Source: Psammoneis japonica (taxonomy: Eukaryota). From it: 64,000 nucleotides of DNA. Below the pieces are notes generated by a model. It was not told the DNA's origin, did not search any database, and was given only the letters and a program-made list of their open reading frames with translations. The stretch is from the NCBI GenBank assembly GCA_008632985.1, contig QPGO01000137.1:1-64000 (forward strand). The letters run 5' to 3'. Numbering within the stretch: the stretch's first letter is position 1; the number at the start of each line of letters is the position of its first letter. The translations under genes and the position numbers were made by a program. This document shows, one piece after another, positions 50,231 through 61,384 of this stretch.

Positions 50231-53200
50231 GAGCTGCAGGGCTCCTTGCTGATCCAATCAAAATCGCACACAGTGTTCATTGTTTTTCACATTGTTTTTG
50301 CAAGCACTCCAATGTTCACGAATGCAAATGACACTTTAACAGAAACATGCAATGTTCATCACTTCCAATGACAAAGTCCGTTGAGATGTGCACGCTCATG
50401 CCAGGCAAGGATGTTGTCATTCCCACAACTGCATCAGAGGCCTCGAGATTGTGACATCTGCACATTTGGCATAAAATGCACATCTGTGTTGTGAACATTT
50501 CTTGTCTGCACATGGCATTTTTCCCATTTGTGTGATCATCAACCAAGTGCTGTTTTTCACATTTGAAAGCTGGTGGCCGCTTTTTGCTTTTTGTGTTGGC
50601 ACCGTTGTCACAACAAGGCACGATCTTTGACAATTTGCCAAACATTGCAATTGCATCTGCTGCCTCTGTCATCATGCAAAGCATGCACTGAATGTTTGTT
50701 CAATCAATGCAATTTTGCCCATTGCTCTGTCTTGTCTTCTCCTTCCCACATCTTTCTGTGCCTTTCCAAGTTCTGCATGGCCGCCACTGCCTTGTTGCTT
50801 TCTTTGCCATCTCCAAATGAAAAAGCCAACATTGCACCTCTTGCTTGTGGGTGCACACCATCAAGAGGAAGATCCTCAATGTTTCCATCCCAACGTGTTG
50901 TGGCATGTCCCTCCTCTCTTCAAGTCATGGTGTTGGCTGATTTTTCTCTTTCTCCCAGCCTGTCCTCTTTTCCTCTGCCTTGTTTGTTTTTGCGCCACCT
51001 GTTGCAGTTGTCTGCACCATCTTTGCTTCCAACTCCTTTTTTTTGTTGTTCCCGTTGCTTTGTTTTGTCTTGCAAATCCATTGTCATGGGATGATTTTGT
51101 GTGTGTGGCTGCCACATGCATGAGAAATCTGCGCTTTCTCCACCATCTGCATGCCATCTGCATCGCTGATTGCCCTTCTCATTGCACCTTTGCGTGTGTC
51201 AGTTGAATCCACCCACACAGCTGTCCAGTGCAAAATTGTGCACATGTGGAAATCCACGGCAATCCCCAGTGTGAATCCCTTTCTCCGAATGAATTTAGAT
51301 GGGATGGTGCATCATGCACGGGGTTCGCATTGTGGTGCATCCACACGCGGGACACACGCACGTGCGGTGATGCACAGCATGCTCACAATCCAATCACGAC
51401 AAGGCTTGCATTGACGGTGCTGTGACTTCAGCTCAGATGCAAGGTGTTGTGCTTTCTCTTTTGTTGCATCAAGATTTGTTTGCTTTGTCAGAGCTGTTGG
51501 CAAAAACGCTGATCAAAATGGTTCAAACGATGTGGGAAGCAGTCCGTTGTGAACGGTTGCTGTTGTGTTGTTTGCATGGAACATGCAGCTGTAGAAAATG
51601 CACTGAACCACATGCAATGCATCAGAAAAATGAGTGGTTGCACACGATTGTGACTTTTGTGTCGCTTGTGTTGACCATGGTGCAGCTTGCAATGGCAACA
51701 CTCGCAAAACAGTCACTGTCCTCACATGTGTGACAGGTGTGAAGGGACTGCGGCACTGGGTGGCATGCCCGATCGTGTGCTGCTCAACAATGTCAAGTGA
51801 CACAGGACTGATCACCCTGATGTCAGGTGGCTGTGGTGGCTGCTTTCAATGATTCCAACACTTGCCTCATCCCTTTTGCCATCAATTGTCTTGGATCACC
51901 TGGCTGCTTTGCTCACAGACTCCTTTTGAGACCTGAGCAAGACAACTCCTCACACCCACCCATCCTGCTGCTCTCATGGGGCTGGTTGTCCTTGGAATGT
52001 TGGTTCATTGTGTGCACAAGCAAGAAGTGATGGAGTTGACTGACAAAAGCATCGGGAGTGCTGGACACATGACCAAGAAGGTGATTGAGGGCACAATCAA
52101 TGATTGTCTCAACTGAATGTTTGGACTGGAGAGATGTGTGCCATTGGCAGTTCATCATGCCAACAAGCACCAAAATGTTGGCAACAATGCAGCACACAGC
52201 ATCAGAGGTGGCACCAACTGGAGGGGATGTGGCAGCAGTGCTTGCTTTCTTTGTCAAAAATGGCATGAAAGAACATGATGGCTTGCCCAGGTTCTTTAGA
52301 TGCCTTGTGGTTAGACTGTCACAAGCACACACAACTGTTCAGATGCCTCTCCTTGAAGACTTGATTTCTTGTGCTCTTCAACAAGGGCAAGGTGTTGGCC
52401 TCCAGAGCATTCAAGTGTTTTTGCAGGTTCTCACTGGCATGATGAGACATTCTCATGAACACCCACATGTGCGCCAAAGGACCACTTGCACAACAGAAGC
52501 ACACATTGCTCAAACCTCCCATTTCCATGTCATGCAGTGGTTGATGTACCAGTGCTTCACAGACACCTGGAGAAATGCAGTTGTCATTTGTTCTCATTTC
52601 ATGGACAGAAAAAACTGCAGTAAGCAATTTTTGTGTGGGTTGAGGCAAAGAAATCACGAGGTGCTTTTTAACAACAAACTGAGGAGCTGCACAATGACTG
52701 TTTCCTGTTTGCAAAGAACACTTTTGTGTTGTCTGCAGGCACAGATTGCCACAGAGCATTCTTGTTTTAACAATGTCCCCACCTCATCATCGGCACACTT
52801 GGCACACATTTCTCAAGAAACAACTTCTGCAGGATCTGTCATCACCAATGAAATCAGCACCTGATGCCGGACTCTTTCTCTTGCACTTTGACACTTTGGG
52901 CAGTTTCCTTGGAATTCTGTGCTTTGTTCCACATCACACATTTTCTTCTTGTTTGGTTCTTGTGCCAAGGATTCCTCTTCATCCATCCTCCCTCCTTATC
53001 CCAAGCTTGGCACCTGAAACAAAGCCACACAAGAATGTTTCACCTCCCACCAAGAATCTTTTCATGCCGCCTGCACCACCATGCCACTGTCATCTCTTCT
53101 GCCGCTTGCTCCCTCCTCCTCAGGATGCCTCTTTCTGCTCCGTCCGTGCCAAGAACAAAAGAACAATGCTTCCCCCAAAATGCTTTGGCTCCTCCCACAA

Positions 53201-53713
53201 CAGCACATCTGTTCTGCTCTCCTGGGCTACTCAGATCCTCAGCCTAAGCCCCGGTGTCACCATTGCCAACCATCTTCCTGGCATTTTCAACACCGAGGTT
53301 GTGCGCAGCCTCCTTTCCTTTGAGTGGTCAGCCAAGCCTTGAAGAAAGAAGCTCTAAAGGTTTTTTGATGCCCCTCCCAAGACTTGACCTCTGCATATAT
53401 CCTGGCCGTTTCCATTTTTGTCGATCGTGGCACTGCAGTTTATCGCTATAGATACAGGGCTTTAGATTAAACTGCACACTCTATTCTGAGCTCATTCGTC
53501 ATGACACTATCCGGCCAGATATCTCTTACAAAGTCTGAAATTGTCAACAAAATTTGCAAAAGGCAGTCATTCCTTGGTATTAATACCCTGAGGGGAACTG
53601 CTAACTCCGAAGCATTTACTGAACGTACCCAAATGGATAATGGATTTCACACAACATTGCGGCTTGTTGCGCGAAAGTCATATATCAAGAAATCCAGTAT
53701 TGTCGTCCTTCCC

Positions 53714-56095
53714 TTAAGAATCCGCGTTGCCTTCGCCCTCTGACACTTCAGCCTTTAAGGTTTCATCAACCAATGGAATGCCACGATGCGTTTTCTCCGA
53801 AGAATCATGAGTCAACAAGCTGTCGTCGACTGACGACAGGGGAGTTTCGTCACGATCGTCGGCACTCAAAACCGGAAGCTTTTGCTCCTCTCTGTGCATC
53901 GACTCTTCCTTTTCCTCCGCCTCTACTGTTTCTTCTTGCTCAGGATCTTCGAAAATCAAAGACGGAAGTGGGCCACTCACTTCTTGAACAACCCAAAAAG
54001 AATCTGGATGGTATCCGTTGTACATGGTCATCAGAGCTTCATTGAATTGGGACTGGAAGTTATTTAGAGGAATATCATTTGGCACGTTCCTAAACGGATT
54101 CTCCAGCTCACGCGACACTTCGTACAGACCAGTAAAGGCAAGGACCGTAAAGAAATTAAGGCATGCACCAAAAACGATGTTGTTAATGTACGAGAGCATC
54201 AGTATTGGAACAAATACCACCATGAGCACGACATATAAGGACGTAATTTGCGCGTGTGGAAACGGGAAAGGAATGTAGGCAATCTTGCGGGCTTGATTGT
54301 ACCTGTCGGAAAGCATTTGTGAAAAGAAAATGAGAGCGATCGATAGAGGTGGAGAGTGTAGAAAGAATGGCGAGTGAGACCTGAAAGCATGTTGATATCC
54401 ATCACTGACAGAACCGAACACGTTATCATACTCACCCAATCATTCCATCACTGGTGTATTGAAACATCCGACTGACTATCGGAGCACCCACGCTACCTAG
54501 CCCTTTCTGCAAATGCTCTCGAGCAATGAATTCTTGTAACCACATGGTACAAAGTGCCACCTTCGCTAAAGGCCCACGAGCAGTTTGAAGCTGGTCAATT
54601 TCAACATCGGAGACTATAACACAGAAAATTAGTTGAGGATGCGCAAAATACACACAGAAAAAACCAACCAACCACGTTGTTTCTAAACTCGAACAAACAA
54701 AACAACATACCTCCCCCCACTACACGAAAAGGCCGAGCGGCGTTGTACAGAGTCCGCGCCCGTGCTGTGCGTGTGTAGCCAAACAGATACCGCAAGACCA
54801 CCAGGCTGCGGTGAGTCGATTCCCACCCCCCACGAATGTCGGCATCGTAATCGTCAGGATCGACATGAGGCCACGGCGCACCTGGTTCAAACTTGGACAA
54901 TGGACTTTCTGCTTGTTCTAGATCATTTCGAAGGGTGGACAGGGCAACTGCAGATAGCAACGATATCAAATGAGCTGCCTCTTGGAGCAACAAGGAAGGG
55001 TCAAATCGCTCGGTCGGAGCCATGCTACGGATAATTGATGTGCCTTTGGATAATTGCAACGCCGTTGAGCGACTCATATCGTCGTCAATTCTTCTGATTC
55101 TGCGCCCAATGTGTTTGAGCGGTCTTCGAATGGGATCACCTACGGTCCTTAGCGGTTTCCGTATCGGCGCATTGATACTCTGTGTTCGTCTTTGCATCGG
55201 AGCATTTATGCTCTTTTTGGGCCCTCGTATTGACAGGGACTCGAGAGACTCGTTTCGGTCCGATGCTTTTGTGACAATGACTTGTTGGGGTCGCTGTTGT
55301 CGCTGTCTTTGTCGTGACAGCAGCCGCATTCCTCCAAAAGATTTCTTTATACGATGCCGTAGTGTTATTCGAACATCATGTCCTTGTACGCTTTCAATTT
55401 CGTCCAGGTGATCTTCTAAATCTTGTCGCGTCATTTCATTCAATCGTTCTCGCTCCCGCTTGACAGAGGTGGCCTGTGGAAATTGCCCAAAGGATGGTGG
55501 TTGCGTGTACCTATCCGACTGCAAATGAAATGCCGCCAGTTCCATACCAACATCTAACCATTTGGAGTGCATTTGATGAACGACAGTCACTGCAAGAGAG
55601 ATAGTATGAACGATTATGCCATGATTGGGAGGTTAAGACACGCAGACGAACGAACGTACGTACGAACGAACGAGAATGTTCTCGCGCTTACCTGCTTCCC
55701 AATACTGCATTAAAAATACGCCATACATCAGATATATTGTGAATTATAGCAAGATAATAACAGATGTGAGTGCCTTTTACTTTCAATTATCAGTGAATTC
55801 CGAGTTTCGAGTTCATTCTCAACTCGGGACAACAAAAGTACGGTTACCTACTCACGCGGTGATAAGAAAAGGAGGTTTTGAACGTCAATAGAAAGGTAAA
55901 GGAAGCAATCAGTGCACCCATCGGATAGGGGTGGTCGAATATTCTACTCTCGTCGTTATGCAGGTCGAAGAAGTGGAAAAAGATGATGAAAAACACCGTT
56001 GCGATCACGGCGGGACCTGTAGCCTTGAATAAAGCTGACCCATGCAGCCTCAATAGAACTTGAAAGCCAAACGCGCCTCCTCGATACTTTATCAT
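53714..56095 (-). CDS. Bestrophin-like (UPF0187) anion channel; exons 56095-55856, 55704-55692, 55589-54711, 54613-54436, 54302-53714
   Basis: All introns are GT-AG and phase-compatible. Spliced motifs FLLTFKTSFSYHRYWEA, GYNQARKIAYIPFPFPHAQ, ELENPF..PNDIPL. Confidence 0.9.
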
Positions 56096-56284
56096 TGCTG
56101 CTATAGAATGGATCGTACACTCTGCAGGTACAACGATCGTATCGGTATGCGAAATGACGAGTAGGAAGCGCTGTCATTCGCCATTCGCCATTTTCGAATG
56201 TGCAAACCCGTCTCAAATACCCAAGTAGACAGATCGACAGACGGTTTTAGTACATGTTCTACGGGCGGCAGACCTGTTGCCCAC

Positions 56285-56358
56285 CAGAGGTGCATAAATC
56301 GTCTGTTGTCGTTCGCACACGCGCATTCGGGCGACAACAGACGATTTATGCACCTCTG
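56285..56358. mobile_element. 74-bp hAT-type micro-MITE
   Basis: Perfect 27-bp TIRs starting CAG (cagaggtgcataaatcgtctgttgtcg), 20-nt loop, 8-bp TSD TTGCCCAC. Confidence 0.9.
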
Positions 56359-56765
56359 TTGCCCACTCTGGCTTCCAAAAAGACGTCCCCCATGGAAGGG
56401 CAGACTGAAGAGCACGAAGTGAAAATCAAGACAAGTTGCTTGTTGTTGCCTCCTTTTTGTGCTGTCTCCCCAATGGTGCAATTTGTGTCTCAAACACCGC
56501 CTCGTCAACTGCGTTGAATTAGATTTGCTGCTTTTTGACAAACCCTTGCCAAAATGTCCAGACAAATGTGTGTGAACAGTTCAAGACACAAGAGCAAGTT
56601 GTGCGATGATGATGCTCCCTGGAGCATCAAATTCTTCACCTGATTCGAACGTAAAAATCATTTGCAATCCCAAACACTTGGGATTCCTGCCTTGCAACAG
56701 AATTGAAGTGCCTCTTTTGGACTTGCTGTCTTGCATTTTTTGTGACCTTTCACATTTTTTTGGCA

Positions 56766-57163
56766 GACGCGCTCCAGCTCCAGGTGGGACCTCGCGCTGC
56801 TGTGCTGTGACATCAAGAGTTTTTTGGATCGCGTGGCATGTCGTGCACGCAGATTTCTGCGTGTGACATTCTATGAAATTGTTTCATGCTCCCCATTTTG
56901 TGAAGCCAAAGGCTTTCCATTTTCAATGTTTGCGAGAATGAAAATGCTCTGGGTGTGTTCTTTGGTGTCTGAAGAATGCACCCGGGCAAACTGTCAATGA
57001 TGTGCTTCAAGTGTGGAGGAGGAGATGCGTCAGCAAAATTGCCTCTTTTTCTGTTGGCAATGATTCATGTTTTCATTGCTTGATGAATTTGCTGTGGAGC
57101 TTGCACGCAGAATTCTGGGGGCCCAGTGTCACACGGAGTTCCCACCCAGGACTGGAGCCCCTT
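56766..57163. mobile_element. MITE family 1 copy
   Basis: gacgcgctccag ... ctggagcccctt; TSD GGCA. Confidence 0.88.
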
Positions 57164-58160
57164 GGCAGCGGGGGTCACAGCCCCTGCCGCACTCCCGTGC
57201 TCTGTGTTTGGACTTCTGTTGTTGTGACCATTTTGTTGCATGTTCAGACTCATGTGTCACTTTTCTTCTTGGGGTTTCTGTGTGTGCTCAAAGAACTCTT
57301 TGCTTGGTGTGAAGGTGTGTGGCCCAATGTTGTTGGCCTTGAACACCGTGACTTGCTTGTTTGACTTCTTGTCCAGCAGTCGGAGCTCGTCCACTGCTCT
57401 GTCATGGTGTGTCACACAGTGTTTCCATTTGACATCTTGTGGACTGAGGATGTTTGCAATCACATTCTGCAACCCAAGCTTCACGTCACCCCATCCTGGC
57501 ACAGTGCAGTCTTTGTCCAGAGCATCCACTCCTGTGTTGGTGGAAAGGTCTGTCTGTGGACCTTTTTGCTGGGCGCACAACCTGTGCCAACTTCTGGCCA
57601 GCTGCCATGCCAAGGGTGGAGCCATTGCTGTCATCTCATCTGACTCAATGATCTTGCTGCTCTGGCTGATGCTCATCTCTTGGGTCTTGCTTGTCAGTTG
57701 CAACCCATGCTGTGCTTTGCCTCAAGAGCAGTCTTTGGGTGCACATCATTGCCTGGACTGCAGTTTCTCACAAAACTTTTCTTCTTGAGACTCTTGCAGC
57801 AATGATTGTTGCTGTTCTCAATGATCAGATCTCATGTGCAGATTTCTTGAGTTCCTTTTTGCCACTTGCACCCAAATTGGCGTGTTCCTTGGAATTCTTG
57901 ATGAGTCCGTCCAGCAGTTTGTTTCCCAATCCTTTGCTTCTTGAATTGCAATGGACAGTTGTTCAGTGACTCAAGCTCCTGTTGTTTCACTTCAAGCACG
58001 CTCTTCAGAGCCTTGGCCAATGTGTGGAATGAGCACTGACCTCTCACAGAGTCACACGCAAGGGACTGAATCAGCTTCAACAGCCTGATGAGATCATCCT
58101 CATGTTGTCAAAATCTGGGTCTGCCTCAACTCGCTGCCTCATTGGTTTTGTGCTGTGATC

Positions 58161-58549
58161 GACGGGTTCCAGTCCTGGGTGGGACTTTTTGTGACATTTG
58201 CCCCGTAGAATTCTGCGTGCGAGCTCTGCAGTTCGTACTTTGGTCAATGGATGTGTTTGTCTTCGACACAAAACAAACGGCCAAGTTTGCAGTGCATGTG
58301 TCTCTGCATGCACTCGAGGTTTTGGACAGTGCGCCTGCCCCACGCCATTCTCAAGACACTCAAGAATGGCGTAGAAGGAAAAAATGTTAAAAGTTGTTGA
58401 ATGGATCGCCTGACAATTGCACCATAAAATGATGCAAAATTTCGCCAAAATCACGCAGAAATGTGCGTGCGCGACATGCGACGCGATTCAAAAAACTGTC
58501 GATGTCACAGTTCATTGGTGCGAGGTCCCACCTAGACCTGGAACGCGTC
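58161..58549. mobile_element. MITE family 1 copy
   Basis: gacgggttccag ... ctggaacgcgtc; TSD GATC. Confidence 0.93.
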
Positions 58550-58599
58550 GATCATCAAGGATCATGGCAAATGCCTTGTTCTTGTTCTCTTTGAGCTCT

Positions 58600-60610
58600 C
58601 TCATCTTGCCATGGTGGTCTCTGAGTTCTTTTTTGTGCTTTTGTGCTCATGTTCTTTGTTCTCTCACTTGCGACCTGGATCTTCTTCCTTGGCTCTCAAG
58701 GTTTTAAGCGAAGGTTTCTCCATCGAAAAGTCTTGATGCTTCATGTCCTCAAGCAAACAAGCCAGGTGTTTACCTTGGTTGCATTCCTTCTGCATGTGTC
58801 ACACATGCTTTGTTTTCACATCTTCGAACATTGTGTTGTGAGAGTTGCTTTTCATTGACCATGGATGAAACTTCATGTCAGGGATGCAGCAGCTCTCTGG
58901 CTGTCAAACGTCTTCATCTTGGAGCCAGAAGACTTCTTGCAACTCTTGTTGCCACTGCCAATGCCACACTTTTGGTCTTGGCCTTTCTTGTGCAAACTGC
59001 TTGATCCTCTGCTGCTCATTTTTGCAGGCTGCCAACTGTCTCTTTGGGAATGTGGACTTGGGCTGATGAGCAGATCTGATCTTGCTTGTGACTCCACAGA
59101 GTGAATGTTGAACCAATGAGTTTGTGGTGGCAAACAGGAATCTTGTGAAGCTTCCTTTGCACTCACTGTGCTTGTCCTCTGGTTTGCCCAGAAGATTGCT
59201 CAATGCAAACTTTGTTTGACGCCTCTGGGCAGTTGTTCGACGCTTCTCAGCGCCGATGCTGACAGATGTCATGCCAGATGATTCACTCTAAAGAGCAAGA
59301 ACATTGTTTTGAGAACAACAGTTTGATGACAAGAGAAATGCAGTCATCCACTTGTTGGCATCAGGAGCCAAACATCTTGTTGCTTCAGTTGATCGTGGGC
59401 TCTTTGACGCCCACATTCAGCGTGCTCCAACACTTGTCGTTCGATTGTTTGCCAAAATGACGCGAGAGAATTTTCTTGATTTTTGCAATGTCCCACTCAA
59501 GAGACAGCTCAAACAGCAACACTGTTGAATCAATCACATTGGGGTTGGTTTTTGGTGTCAGCTCTGGGTCCCAATTCATTGCTTTTGGCACCTGATGCAC
59601 TGTGTTTTGCATCACATCAAAATTGCTAAATTGTGCTGCTTGAGTTGCATGGTCCGCTTCATTTTGTGAACTTTGTCCTTCATTTTCTTGATCAAGCCAG
59701 AAGACACATTTGCTGCAAAGTCTTGTTGACAAGCACCCCATGTGGTTGAAGGGAATGTCCCCTGCCAGCCAGGCTTGCCATCAGATCTGCTGTGGTGGGT
59801 GGAGGTGATGAGCAAAAAAAAGAAGTGTGCAAAATTTTGGCAACCTTTGAGAGGGCTGCAGCACAGCAACAATGGCCAGTTGGCCCAGCTCTCACCGTTG
59901 AAGTGTCGACTCCCATTTTTTGGGCATGAGGAATTTGTTTCTGGGGTCAGGCCAATCCCAGCTGAGCTTGATTTTCATTTTAAAAAGCCGAAACAGCTCA
60001 AAAAGCTTGGACTCACCCGGGCGACCATCCACATTTTTTTCAAGGCTTTTCTCACCCGGAAAACCTCCCCACATTTTTTCAAGGTCGCCAGCTTTGAAAA
60101 AGATTGCTTGGCTTTTTCAAGCTTTGGAAGGGCTTGAAATTTGCCACATCACATGTGGGCCACAGCGCATTGCTGCGACTGCAGACACGGAGGGAACGCA
60201 GCAGCAACACACGCTGCTGTTGTCGATGTTGCGTTTGGCCGCTCTGGTTGATTTCAAAGGTGCTTGCAGTCTTCACATGGCATTTTTGTTGGGTCGCCTG
60301 AGGCTCTGTCTTTGTCATTGACTCGCGCGGCTGAAATCAAGCTGCATCGGTCCCAATGACCACCAGTCTGGTTCTCAAATCAAGCTGTCATCACTGTGAC
60401 ATCTTCCAGCTCATTGTGCCTGACTTTCCCAGTGCTTTTTTGTCAAATCCTGTTGCGCGCCAATTCCCTGGCATGTGTCTGTGCATTGAAGCTGCTGGTG
60501 CTTGCTTTGGAGCAGCCATGATGGTTCTTCCTTGCCAAGATTGACAAGAAAGTTAGAGGCTTCAAGTTCGACAAACAACAAAGTTTGTGTGCGGTGTGCA
60601 TTGAAGGAAA
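58600..60610 (-). mobile_element. Possible Kolobok/Mutator-like transposase relic
   Basis: KNHHGCSKA (~60510-60535) resembles the NxxGSSxxME motif, followed by SDDS. Very degenerate. Confidence 0.3.
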
Positions 60611-60613
60611 ACA

Positions 60614-60875
60614 GGCCTGTTCCAGCTCCAGGTGCTCCGCGCGGGTTCGATTCCCATCATTTTTGGAAATTTGTGCATTTGGTGCAATTGACTTTTTCCA
60701 AATCCGTTTTTTGCCAAATCGAAGGGCAAGTGCACACTTTGCATGTGTTTTCGGGTGTACACTCACCTTTCGATTTTCGAAACGATCAAAATTGAAGGAG
60801 TTGATTGCGCCAAACTGCACAGAAAATCGGCCTCTCGCGCGATGAAAAGCAGATCACCTGGAGCTGGAACAGGCC
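60614..60875. mobile_element. MITE family 2, copy 2
   Basis: Perfect TIRs ggcctgttccagctccaggtg; TSD AACA. Confidence 0.93.
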
Positions 60876-60992
60876 AACAAGATGAAAGAAGTGCCAAGGT
60901 CAGACATTTTTGTGCTGCAGTTCTGCTCTTGCCACCTCTGGCCAGCATGTCCTTGCTGCACAAAAATCAAATGATTCAGTGCAGTGCAAGCC

Positions 60993-61384
60993 GACGCGCT
61001 CCAGGTCCAGGTGGGACCTCGCACTGCTGAACTGTGACATCCACAGTTTTTTGAATCGCGTCGCATGTCGCGCACGCACATTTCTACGTGATTTTGGCAA
61101 AATTTTGCATCATTTTATGGCACAATTGTCAGGCGATCCATTGAACAACTTTTAACATTTTTTTCTTCTACGCCATTCTCGAGTGTCTTGAGAACGGCGC
61201 AGGGCAGGCGCGTTGTCCAAAACTTCGAGTGCGAACAGAGACACATGTGCCACAAACTTGGCTGTTTGTTTTGTGTTGAAGACAAACACGTCCATCAACC
61301 AGAGCATGAACTGCAGAGCTCGCACGCAGAATTCTGCGGGGCAAATGTCACAAAAAGTCCCACCTGCTGGGACTGGAGCCCGTC
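60993..61384. mobile_element. MITE family 1 copy
   Basis: gacgcgctccaggtccaggtggg ... ctggagcccgtc; TSD AGCC. Confidence 0.93.

Noticed and set aside
51800..52900. Possible non-LTR retroelement C-terminal zinc knuckle on the minus strand
   Set aside because: Cys/His patterns arise spuriously under the TpA conversion, and no RT motif was found.
44300..53350. Many overlapping 60-260 aa ORFs here and in other repeat tracts
   Set aside because: They are Cys/His-rich, nearly Tyr-free and open in several frames at once, as expected after loss of TAA/TAG stops. No coherent protein motifs.
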